NCBI GenBank assembly: GCA_963819985.1
Contig: CAWFYH010000002.1
Location: 385,404-449,403 of the forward strand
Direction: 5' to 3'
Length of the DNA stretch: 64,000 nt
DNA from: an uncultured Actinomycetota bacterium
GTDB lineage: Bacteria; Actinomycetota; Actinomycetes; DATJPE01
This document shows positions 49,361 through 56,949 of this stretch, piece by piece; within the stretch, counting starts at the first letter, position 1; each line of letters starts with the position of its first letter. A program made the position numbers and the translations under genes. The notes beneath the pieces were generated by a model. That model saw only the letters and a program-made list of their open reading frames with translations, was not told the origin of the DNA and ran no database searches.

Positions 49361-51343
49361 CTACGTGTTGACGGGCACCGGGATCCGCGCGCCTCTGGGC
49401 AGGAGGGCGAACGCGGCCAGGTAGAGCAGCCCGGCGATCCCGAGCAGGGCGGGGTATCCGACGATCAGCGCGGTGTATTCGAGACAGCCACCGACCATGG
49501 CCCCCAGCAGGTTCGCCCCGAAAGCGGTCGTCGCGTCGGCCGTGTCGGCGAACCGTTTGGCGAACACGACATTCGCGCAGAAGATCGGCAGGAAGGCCAG
49601 CGTCGTGGCGGCGATCAGCCGAGGCACGAGAGGCAGGCCGAGCAGCTTGTCGTTCGGGACGACGTACGCCAGGGCCAGCGAAGCGGCGAGCAGGGCATAC
49701 ATCACCGGTAGTGACGGCGTCCGTACTCTTCGTGTCGTCTCCACGGCGGCCAGCACTGCCAGCAGCACCCCCATGAAGACGATGGCGTTCACCACCCACG
49801 TCGTGCCGAACAACAGGGCGAATCCGGTCACCGACTTGGTCTCGAGGAGCAGGAAGGCGGCCCCGAGGAAGAACAGGTCGGCGTAGGGCCGCATCCGACG
49901 GAACGGTCCCCCGACGACACGGACGGCGAGCAGGCTGACGAACAGCACCATGCCGAGGGCGTAGAGATAGATCGCCGGGATCCCGTGGTCCTTGAGGTAG
50001 AGGAACGGTCGGTCGTCCGTGGCTGGTGCCGGCCCGCCGAGCGAGGCGAGGGTGACCGATTCGGCGCCGGTGCCACAGGTCTGGTCCTCGGGCGTCTTGC
50101 CAACGACGATGACGGCCCGCACCGAGCTCAGCAGGTCGATGCACGGGTCATGACCGAACGCGGTGGCCGCGGTGTTGCCGAGGCGGCCCACGAGCCAGTC
50201 CTCGCGGTAGTAGTTGTACATCGCGAAGGCCCCGCCGGGCTTCAGGTGCTCCTCGGCCGCCTTGAGAGACTCCTCGGTGAACAGGTAGCTCTCCAGGCGC
50301 AGCTGCGACGCCCCGGCCACCAGGGTCAGCGAGTCCGGGAGTGCGAAGATAATCAGGTCGTACTGCTTGTCGGTCTGCTCGAGGAACGCGCGACCGTCAT
50401 TGATGTGCAGGTCAACTCGCGGATCCGCGTACGGGTTGTCGGGGTTCTTCTGCTCGCCGATCTGGGCGATACGGGGGTCGATCTCGACGGCATCGATGTG
50501 CTTGGCGCCATGGTCGAGGGCGAGCTGGACGTCGGTGCCCGAGCCGGCGCCGACGATGAGAACGTCATCGAGCGGGTTGTCGCCGATGCGCTCGTACGGC
50601 ACCAAGTACTGCGGGTCCGCCTTGGCCTTGTCGACGGCCCTCTCGAAGTCCTGGTGAGGCACCCCGTTGACGTCGATGCGGGTGATCGGACCGACTGTGG
50701 ACGTCTTGACCTTGTAGTACGGCGACCACGAGATCCCGGCACCCGCCGACTCGAACACCAGCGCGCCGACCATGGCCACCGCAGCAACCGAGACCCACAG
50801 GCTCGGCTTTGGTGCGAACAGGATCAGGATCAGGATCGCCGCGATTGTGCCCCAGACGAACGACGGCGCGCGCAGGAAGCTGAGCAGGGTGAACGACACG
50901 ATGCCGATGAGGCTGCCGATGATGTCCCAGCGGTAGGCCTCGAGGCGCTCGAGCTGCGCAAAGCAGCCCGCGACCAGCTCGCCCGGACCGGCCAGGATCA
51001 GGGCGACCATGCAGAAGATCACTGGCAGCGCGACCCACGCCGGCGGGCCGCTCGTGCTCAGGCTGGTGAAGAAGACGACGCTGTCGCCGGTGCGGTTGAC
51101 GCTGACCGGGAACGCGAGCACGAGCAGGACCAGGGCTGCCAGTGCGACCGGGAAGTAGTACGGCTTCGCGCGCTCGGGCTTCCAGCGCAAGAACCCGAGT
51201 CCGACACCGAGGAAGGACCCCAGCAGCACGAAGTTGCTGAAGTACCCCAGGTGGATGACGTTGCCGGTCAACCAGCGGATGAGCGCCAGCTCGAGGAACA
51301 GCATGAGCGCGCTGGCAAGCACCAGGCGGAGACGTACGTTCAC
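49361..51343 (-). CDS. Polytopic membrane protein fused to a spermidine-synthase-like aminopropyltransferase/methyltransferase domain
   Basis: N-terminal 7+ TM helices. The central domain has the Rossmann motif VLIVGAGSGTDVQ and DAVEIDPRI (spermidine synthase-like), followed by more C-terminal TM helices. 660 aa. Confidence 0.7.
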   Translation of the reverse strand: MNVRLRLVLASALMLFLELALIRWLTGNVIHLGYFSNFVLLGSFLGVGLGFLRWKPERAKPYYFPVALAALVLLVLAFPVSVNRTGDSVVFFTSLSTSGPPAWVALPVIFCMVALILAGPGELVAGCFAQLERLEAYRWDIIGSLIGIVSFTLLSFLRAPSFVWGTIAAILILILFAPKPSLWVSVAAVAMVGALVFESAGAGISWSPYYKVKTSTVGPITRIDVNGVPHQDFERAVDKAKADPQYLVPYERIGDNPLDDVLIVGAGSGTDVQLALDHGAKHIDAVEIDPRIAQIGEQKNPDNPYADPRVDLHINDGRAFLEQTDKQYDLIIFALPDSLTLVAGASQLRLESYLFTEESLKAAEEHLKPGGAFAMYNYYREDWLVGRLGNTAATAFGHDPCIDLLSSVRAVIVVGKTPEDQTCGTGAESVTLASLGGPAPATDDRPFLYLKDHGIPAIYLYALGMVLFVSLLAVRVVGGPFRRMRPYADLFFLGAAFLLLETKSVTGFALLFGTTWVVNAIVFMGVLLAVLAAVETTRRVRTPSLPVMYALLAASLALAYVVPNDKLLGLPLVPRLIAATTLAFLPIFCANVVFAKRFADTADATTAFGANLLGAMVGGCLEYTALIVGYPALLGIAGLLYLAAFALLPRGARIPVPVNT

Positions 51344-51420
51344 GGGGCGGGCATCCTTCGGGTCGGAGTCCCGAGGAATCTACCTGGCCCGCTCTGGCCT
51401 CCCGACCAAGGGCGCGGTCG

Positions 51421-51653
51421 TCAGGGGCCGCAGTCGGTCGAGACCCCGATGTTCGCTGAGACTCCATCGTTGATCGTGGTGCAGCTGTCGTGGTTGAGGT
51501 TGTTGATCAGGCTGCCAAAGGCAAAGACCACGAGGACGATGAGCGCCGCGACTCCGGCGACCATCAAGGCGTATTCGGCTGACGTGGCGCCTCGGTCTGG
51601 AGCTGGTACCGGTTGCGTTCAACAGGCATCGCTTGGCCTTCATGCGTGACTCC
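51421..51653 (-). pseudogene. Flp-family type IVb pilin gene with apparent +1 frameshift (copy 1 of 3)
   Basis: Frame A encodes the leader MKAKRCLLNATGTSSRP.... The Flp core DRGATSAEYALMVAGVAALIVLVVFAFGSLINNLNHDSCTTINDGV...DCGP* lies in the +1 frame with no in-frame start. Confidence 0.5.
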
Positions 51654-51718
51654 CTAGACGTGAGAGTGGGGCGCCGGTAGCTGACCGGCGCCCCACACTG
51701 CATCGGATGTACGGCAGA

Positions 51719-51934
51719 TCAGGCGCACTCTGCTGCGTTGGTCGTTGCCGCCGACCCGCTGTCGTCTGCGATCGACGCGCAGGTGTCGCCGAAGATGTTG
51801 TGGATCAGGCTGCCGAATGCAAAGACAACCAGCACGATCAGGGCGGCGATGGCCGCGACGAGCAGGGCGTACTCAACGGCCGACGCGCCCTCTTCGGACT
51901 TTGCGGCCTGCATGGTGCGGATACGAGCGAGCAT
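51719..51934 (-). CDS. Flp-family type IVb pilin (copy 2)
   Basis: MLARIRTMQAAKSEEGASAVEYALLVAAIAALIVLVVFAFG has the Flp motif (G/ATAVEY plus hydrophobic helix). About 71 aa. Confidence 0.75.
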   Translation of the reverse strand: MLARIRTMQAAKSEEGASAVEYALLVAAIAALIVLVVFAFGSLIHNIFGDTCASIADDSGSAATTNAAECA

Positions 51935-52091
51935 GTTGTTTCCTCCGGCTACCGGTTGCTGAACCCCCCTCGGACCCAGCGTTGGCTCCATGGTGCGGGA
52001 TCGGGGTCCTCGTCCACATCGCCGTGACGTTCAGGGTTCGGTAGTCCGAACGGACGATCCTGATCTTGGGTTCAGGTGGCCCTAGAGACGG

Positions 52092-52301
52092 CTATGAACA
52101 GGCCTGCGGCGCGGTGGCGATGCTGTTGGTGCCGATGTCCTCACAGTTGGAGTCGTACACGGCGCCCGCCACGGCGAAGGTCGCGAAGACGATGCTCACG
52201 CAGACGGCGACGATGCCGGCGACCAGCAGGGCGTACTCGACAGCGGTCGCACCCTGGTCGCGGGCGGCGAGGAGTTGGCGCAGTCGGGTCATGCCCGCCA
52301 T
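52092..52301 (-). CDS. Flp-family type IVb pilin (copy 3)
   Basis: M(AGM)TRLRQLLAARDQGATAVEYALLVAGIVAVCVSIVFATFAV. The start is at the MAGM or MTRL methionine. Confidence 0.75.
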   Translation of the reverse strand: MAGMTRLRQLLAARDQGATAVEYALLVAGIVAVCVSIVFATFAVAGAVYDSNCEDIGTNSIATAPQACS

Positions 52302-52347
52302 GGTCCCCGATTGGGACTCACGTCGGAACCCTCCAAAAGGCTGAGGG

Positions 52348-52998
52348 TCAACGTATCCCTCCGGCCGGTCCGTCCTGAGTGATGAGGCCCAGACGCAGGG
52401 CCGACATGAGCGCCTGGGCTCGGTTGGCTGCGCCGAGCTTCTCGTAGAGCTTGGAGATGTGGGTCTTGGTCGTGGACTCGCTGATGTAGAGCTGCTTGGA
52501 GATCTGGGCCACTCCGAGGCCGTCGGCGAGCAGCTGCAGCACCTCCTTCTCGCGAGGCGAGAGCTGAGGTCCACTCGGAGCCAAGCGGCGTTTCATCGCC
52601 TCGGCCAGGTCGTTGGCGGTGAAGGCTTTGGGGGACGCCGCCGCGTGCCGAGCAGCAGCGAGTACGTCGTCCGTGGGCGCGTCCTTGGGCACGAACGCGC
52701 TCGCGCCTGCGTCAAGCGCGCCGAACAGCTGCTCGTCGCCGGCATACATGGTGAGGACAACCAGGCCGATGTCGGCGCGCTCCTTGCGGATCGCCCGCAC
52801 CAGATCGAGGCCGCTGCCGTCCGGCAGCCGTACGTCGATCACCATGACATCGGGACGCATGCCGGCATGCTTGCGCAGCGCCTCGTCGATCGACCCGGCC
52901 TCGCCCAGGACATCGAAGTCCTCGCTGCGCTCGAACGCCCTGCGCAGGCCCTGGCGGATCAGCTCGTGGTCGTCAACGAGCAGCACCGTCGTAGGCAC
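52348..52998 (-). CDS. NarL/LuxR-family response regulator
   Basis: REC domain (VLLVDDHELIRQG, DVMVIDVRLPDGSG) plus a LuxR HTH (LSPREKEVLQLLADGLGVAQISKQLYISESTTKTHISKLYEKLG). GTG start with an AAGGGAGAG SD. Overlaps the HK gene end. Confidence 0.85.
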   Translation of the reverse strand: MPTTVLLVDDHELIRQGLRRAFERSEDFDVLGEAGSIDEALRKHAGMRPDVMVIDVRLPDGSGLDLVRAIRKERADIGLVVLTMYAGDEQLFGALDAGASAFVPKDAPTDDVLAAARHAAASPKAFTANDLAEAMKRRLAPSGPQLSPREKEVLQLLADGLGVAQISKQLYISESTTKTHISKLYEKLGAANRAQALMSALRLGLITQDGPAGGIR

Positions 52999-54652
52999 CG
53001 GCTCTCCCTTCGTTGGTCCCCTCAATAGAAGGACGCGGTGGCGGCCCTCCGATGACGACGTCCACGACGGTGCCACCGTCGTCGCGTGGCTCCACGCTCA
53101 ACGTCGCGCCTATCCTTGTTGCTCGTTCACGCATGATTTCAAGACCGTAGCTGTCCGAGCGTCCCGCACCGAGACCCTCTCCGTCGTCCTCGACACGCAG
53201 GAGGGCCGTAGGTGGGGCGATTCGGCAGGTTACCCACAGGTTCTTGGCCCGAGCATGCTTGCGCACATTCGTGATGGCCTCTTGGGCGATTCGCAGCATC
53301 TCGGCCTCGGTGTCCGCCCGCAGGCGGCTGGGCGACTCATCGAGCACCAGGTGGACCGTGAGGGGCGAGGTTGCGCCGATGCCTCGGGCGTAGTCGGACA
53401 GGGCTGCCCCCAACCCCATGGTTGGCTGGACCTCGCTGCGGAGGTCGAAGATGGAAAGGCGCAGCTCGCTGATGATCCGGGTGAGCTCGTGGCGGAGTTC
53501 TTGGAGCTGCTGGCGTTGCTCTTCGTTGTCTGCGCGGTAGGAGAGGTCGTCGACCGCGTAGCCGAGCGAGGCGAGCTCCTGCGCGATCCCGTCGTGGATC
53601 TCCCGAGCAAGTCGACGTCGCTCTTCGGCCGTAGCGATCGACCTGACCTCGGAGAAGAGCAAGGCCGTCTCCAGGCGCAGTGCCCCATCGGCGACCGCTG
53701 CGGCTCCTTCATCGAGCTGTTCCTCGGTGAAAGCGGCTTCGGTGCGCTCAATTCCTACGAGGCCGATTGTGCGCACTCCTACCCGGAGCGGTAGGACGGC
53801 TGAGTAGCCGCCTGACCCGGCTGTGAACGTTCCTTGGCGGCGTTGGGGGTGGCCAGTGGTCCAGGCCTCTGCCCAGGCGGAGTCGTCGTCGAGCGCAGGG
53901 GTCCAGTCCGCCCGGTCGACCCCGGCGAACGCCATCGGCACCAAGCGACCGCCTTCAGAGCGCACATAGACCGCAGCGCGGGAGAAGAACACTCCAGAAC
54001 GGAGACTCTGGAGCATCCCCTGGGACAACGAGACAGGGTCGAGCCCGCCGGACAGCTGCCGCGAGACGACCCGCAGCTGCGACAGGAGTCGATAGGCGGC
54101 CGTGTAGGAGGACTGGCTGGCTTCGATCTGTTGGTCGCGCACCCGGCGGACCCAGGCGGCCAGCAGGCCCAAGGCGAGGGCCAGCACGATCCACTGTGAG
54201 ACGTAGGTGATGTAGTTGCGAACGTCCTCGGGCGGTTCGTTCGCCACGCCAGCAGCGACAAAGACCGCAGAGGACAGCCCGGTGACCAGGATCACCGCGC
54301 TCACTCCTCCGACCAGGCCGGCCTCCAACGCCGGCGCGGCCAGATACGGCAGCAGGGCGGACGAAAGCTCGCCGTTCCCCGCGATCAACCAGGTGGCTGC
54401 CACCGCCTCGACCACGGGTCTCCACCAGGTCACCACAGCGCTCCGGACCGGGATCGAGGCGAGCACCGCGATGAGCAGCAGCCCCAACAGCGCCCCCGGC
54501 TTGGCGTCCGCCGTGCCATCGATGATGGCCAACCCGAGACACAGGCCATAGACGACCGCGCGTCCGACCACCGCCACCAGCGGCAGGTCGGACAGCGACC
54601 TCGGGCGTCCCTCCACCCCCCAAGGGTCGCAGACGTACGCCGAATCCCCCAT
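52973..54652 (-). CDS. Sensor histidine kinase, NarL-partner type (HisKA_3 plus HATPase_c), multi-TM N-terminus
   Basis: About 5 N-terminal TM helices. H-box EIHDGIAQELASL (HisKA_3). ATPase domain with N and G boxes (...EAITNVRKHA..., DDGEGLG). Start at MGDSAYV. Confidence 0.85.
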   Translation of the reverse strand: MGDSAYVCDPWGVEGRPRSLSDLPLVAVVGRAVVYGLCLGLAIIDGTADAKPGALLGLLLIAVLASIPVRSAVVTWWRPVVEAVAATWLIAGNGELSSALLPYLAAPALEAGLVGGVSAVILVTGLSSAVFVAAGVANEPPEDVRNYITYVSQWIVLALALGLLAAWVRRVRDQQIEASQSSYTAAYRLLSQLRVVSRQLSGGLDPVSLSQGMLQSLRSGVFFSRAAVYVRSEGGRLVPMAFAGVDRADWTPALDDDSAWAEAWTTGHPQRRQGTFTAGSGGYSAVLPLRVGVRTIGLVGIERTEAAFTEEQLDEGAAAVADGALRLETALLFSEVRSIATAEERRRLAREIHDGIAQELASLGYAVDDLSYRADNEEQRQQLQELRHELTRIISELRLSIFDLRSEVQPTMGLGAALSDYARGIGATSPLTVHLVLDESPSRLRADTEAEMLRIAQEAITNVRKHARAKNLWVTCRIAPPTALLRVEDDGEGLGAGRSDSYGLEIMRERATRIGATLSVEPRDDGGTVVDVVIGGPPPRPSIEGTNEGRAGAYDGAAR

Positions 54653-55748
54653 GTTGACGCCCGCCGAACGGGTGAGCGGCGGGTGGGCCGTGCGGCGTGT
54701 CTTCGAGCATTCCCCCCCGAGAGCCGCCGCACTTCGCCAGACTGCTCGGGTGGAACAACTGCGCGCACTCAGCGAGGTCCTGAGCACGTCCGACGGTCAG
54801 CTCAGCGCCGGGAAGTCAGCCGCAGCTCGGGTGTGGGGGACTGGTTTCGAGCCCCTCGACGCCTATCTCAACGGTGGGTTGCGGTCGGGCGAGCTCACGC
54901 TCGTCGGCGGGCCCCAGGGTTTGGGCAAGACGACCTGGGTGTTGCAGTTGATTCGCAACGTCGTGGCCGCTGGCCAGCCGGCGCTGTATTTCTCCTACGA
55001 GCACGACGCGCCACTCATTCTCGAGCGCGTCCTTGCCGTCGAGGCTGGCCTCCAGCTGGGGGTCGAGGCTCTGCCGCTCAAGCGCATCCGCGAGGCCATG
55101 GAGGCGGGGGACGGCCGCAGCGGCACGCTCGCCGAGCGTTTGCGGGAGACCCACGGCGGCGCGGAGGCCGTTCGCGCTGTCCAGGCGTGGGGTGATCGGC
55201 TGTTCGTCCACCGCTCCAGCGGCACGACGACGAGCATCGAGGTCATCCGGGACGCTGTGGAGCAGGTGCGTTCGGCATCGGGGGCACAGCCGCTCGTCGT
55301 CGTCGACTACCTGCAGAAGGTCGCCATGCCGGGTGGCCCGGAGTTCGAGGACGAGCGCGTCACCTCCACCGTGGAGGCGCTCAAGGACCTGTCCCTGGAT
55401 GCGGACGTGCCCGTTGTGGCCATCGTGGCCGCCGACCGGGAGGGCATCGCCTCGGGTCGCCGACTTCGCACTCACCACCTGCGGGGTTCCTCGGCGCTGG
55501 CCTACGAGGCCGATGTGGTGCTGCTGTTCAACGACAAGTACGACGTTGTCGCGCGCCACCACCTCATCTATGACGTCAGCAACGCGGAGCGGTTCCGTAA
55601 CTTCGCGATCATGTCGATCGAGAAGAACCGCAACGGCCTCGACCACATCGACCTGGAGTTTCGTAAGCGCTTCGAGCAGGGGCGCTTCGAGCCAGATGGT
55701 CGCGTCGTGTCCGAGCAGCTCGTCGACGAGCGCGTCTACGTCGAGTAG
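54651..55748 (+). CDS. KaiC/RecA/DnaB-C-terminal-domain-like P-loop ATPase (single domain)
   Basis: Walker A GGPQGLGKTT, Walker B LVVVDYLQK, and a RecA-like core. The start is uncertain: the ATG at 54651 overlaps the divergent HK start codon. Confidence 0.6.
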   Translation: MLTPAERVSGGWAVRRVFEHSPPRAAALRQTARVEQLRALSEVLSTSDGQLSAGKSAAARVWGTGFEPLDAYLNGGLRSGELTLVGGPQGLGKTTWVLQLIRNVVAAGQPALYFSYEHDAPLILERVLAVEAGLQLGVEALPLKRIREAMEAGDGRSGTLAERLRETHGGAEAVRAVQAWGDRLFVHRSSGTTTSIEVIRDAVEQVRSASGAQPLVVVDYLQKVAMPGGPEFEDERVTSTVEALKDLSLDADVPVVAIVAADREGIASGRRLRTHHLRGSSALAYEADVVLLFNDKYDVVARHHLIYDVSNAERFRNFAIMSIEKNRNGLDHIDLEFRKRFEQGRFEPDGRVVSEQLVDERVYVE

Positions 55749-55767
55749 CTACGCCGTCAAGGCCGTG

Positions 55768-55815
55768 AGTTGGTAGACAGAACGGGCGCTCTAGCGCCCG
55801 TTCTGCCTACCAACT
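55768..55815. repeat. 48-bp palindromic element, copy 1 (23-bp inverted arms)
   Basis: AGTTGGTAGaCAGAACGGGCGCT-CT-AGCGCCCGTTCTGCCTACCAACT. One mismatch between the arms. Lies between the convergent KaiC-like and DUF559 genes. Confidence 0.85.
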
Positions 55816-56853
55816 GATCTGGAGGCCGAGGGCCCGCGCCAGCCGACGCGCGACGCCTGCGGGGTCGCATCGCAGAGCTGAAGCGGCGACGCGCACGACG
55901 AGGGCGTCCTCTGCGATGGCCAGGTCGCTTTGTCGGTCCATGTCATCCCACCAACGCAGGGCGTCGAGATGGACGCCACCATCGACCTCGAGGTGGACCG
56001 CTCGTCCATCGGCACGGCGGTACCACCCGTCCAGGTAGCGCCGACGACCTTTGGAGTCTCGACGTACCCCCTGCCGGAGGGGTTGAGGCAGGCCGTAGCG
56101 GGAGCTCAGCTGGGACAAGTCGAGCTCAGCCATCGACTGAACGCCGCCCTCCGCGTCGATCAGCAGTCGGCGGAGCGCCTTGCTGTGCCGAATTTGACCC
56201 GCTGTGTCGAGCACGTCGAGTAGACCGTCGATGCGTACCAGACGCTGCTGAATCGCCGCCAGGACAAGCCCGCAGGCCTGGCGGCGATTGCGCGTCCAAC
56301 TAGCGGCGTCGACGACCGCCCGCTCCGGCCGCACGATCGGCAGAGCCCGGCTCGGATGCCGATTCTCCTCCCTCAGCCGCCGAGACACGTGCACCCTCAT
56401 CCAGGGCAGCGATCGAGTACGGCATCCGTGGCCCACCACCACGTGGACGGTGTCACGTTCGAACCCGCGAAGCCCCCAGACCTCCGCTGCAGTCCACGCG
56501 CACACCAGCGCCCCAGAGCCAGCGTGAGTGACGGCCACCCAGCAGCGCGTCTCCTGGCTGAGCGGCCCGCGATGCAGCACGACAGCACGACCGACCAGTC
56601 GCCACCGCCGCGCTCGGAGATGGTCGCGAAGCTGATGACGATTCACACCAACGCTCGCCAACTGTTGTCGGCTAAGGACACCTGCTTGTTGGTCGGCCAG
56701 ATCTGCAACATCTTGATTGGGGAGCGCTGACAGTGGCCGCGACAGCAGCCACGAACCCTGAGGCAGAGCGTCTGGAGCAAGCTGCCAACCGACTGTCATG
56801 GCAACACTTTGGGCCAGTCCGAGGCAGTACGGCGCCCTGTCCACAGCCCGCAT
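55807..56853 (-). CDS. DUF559 domain protein (Vsr/restriction-endonuclease-like fold), with N-terminal AbiEi-like region
   Basis: C-terminal RYLDGWYRRADGRAVHLEVDGGVHLD...RQSDLAIAEDALVVRV matches the DUF559 pattern. The gene is flanked by identical palindromic repeats. Confidence 0.65.
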   Translation of the reverse strand: MRAVDRAPYCLGLAQSVAMTVGWQLAPDALPQGSWLLSRPLSALPNQDVADLADQQAGVLSRQQLASVGVNRHQLRDHLRARRWRLVGRAVVLHRGPLSQETRCWVAVTHAGSGALVCAWTAAEVWGLRGFERDTVHVVVGHGCRTRSLPWMRVHVSRRLREENRHPSRALPIVRPERAVVDAASWTRNRRQACGLVLAAIQQRLVRIDGLLDVLDTAGQIRHSKALRRLLIDAEGGVQSMAELDLSQLSSRYGLPQPLRQGVRRDSKGRRRYLDGWYRRADGRAVHLEVDGGVHLDALRWWDDMDRQSDLAIAEDALVVRVAASALRCDPAGVARRLARALGLQISW

Positions 56854-56866
56854 CCCCGAAGCCGCG

Positions 56867-56914
56867 AGTTGGTAGGCAGAACGGGCGCTACAGCGCCCGT
56901 TCTGCCTACCAACT
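56867..56914. repeat. 48-bp palindromic element, copy 2 (perfect 23-bp inverted arms)
   Basis: AGTTGGTAGGCAGAACGGGCGCT-AC-AGCGCCCGTTCTGCCTACCAACT, immediately upstream of the DUF559 start. Same sequence as copy 1. Confidence 0.85.
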
Positions 56915-56949
56915 CAGAGCAGCAGGAGGCGGAGTTGCGACGGCTGCGG

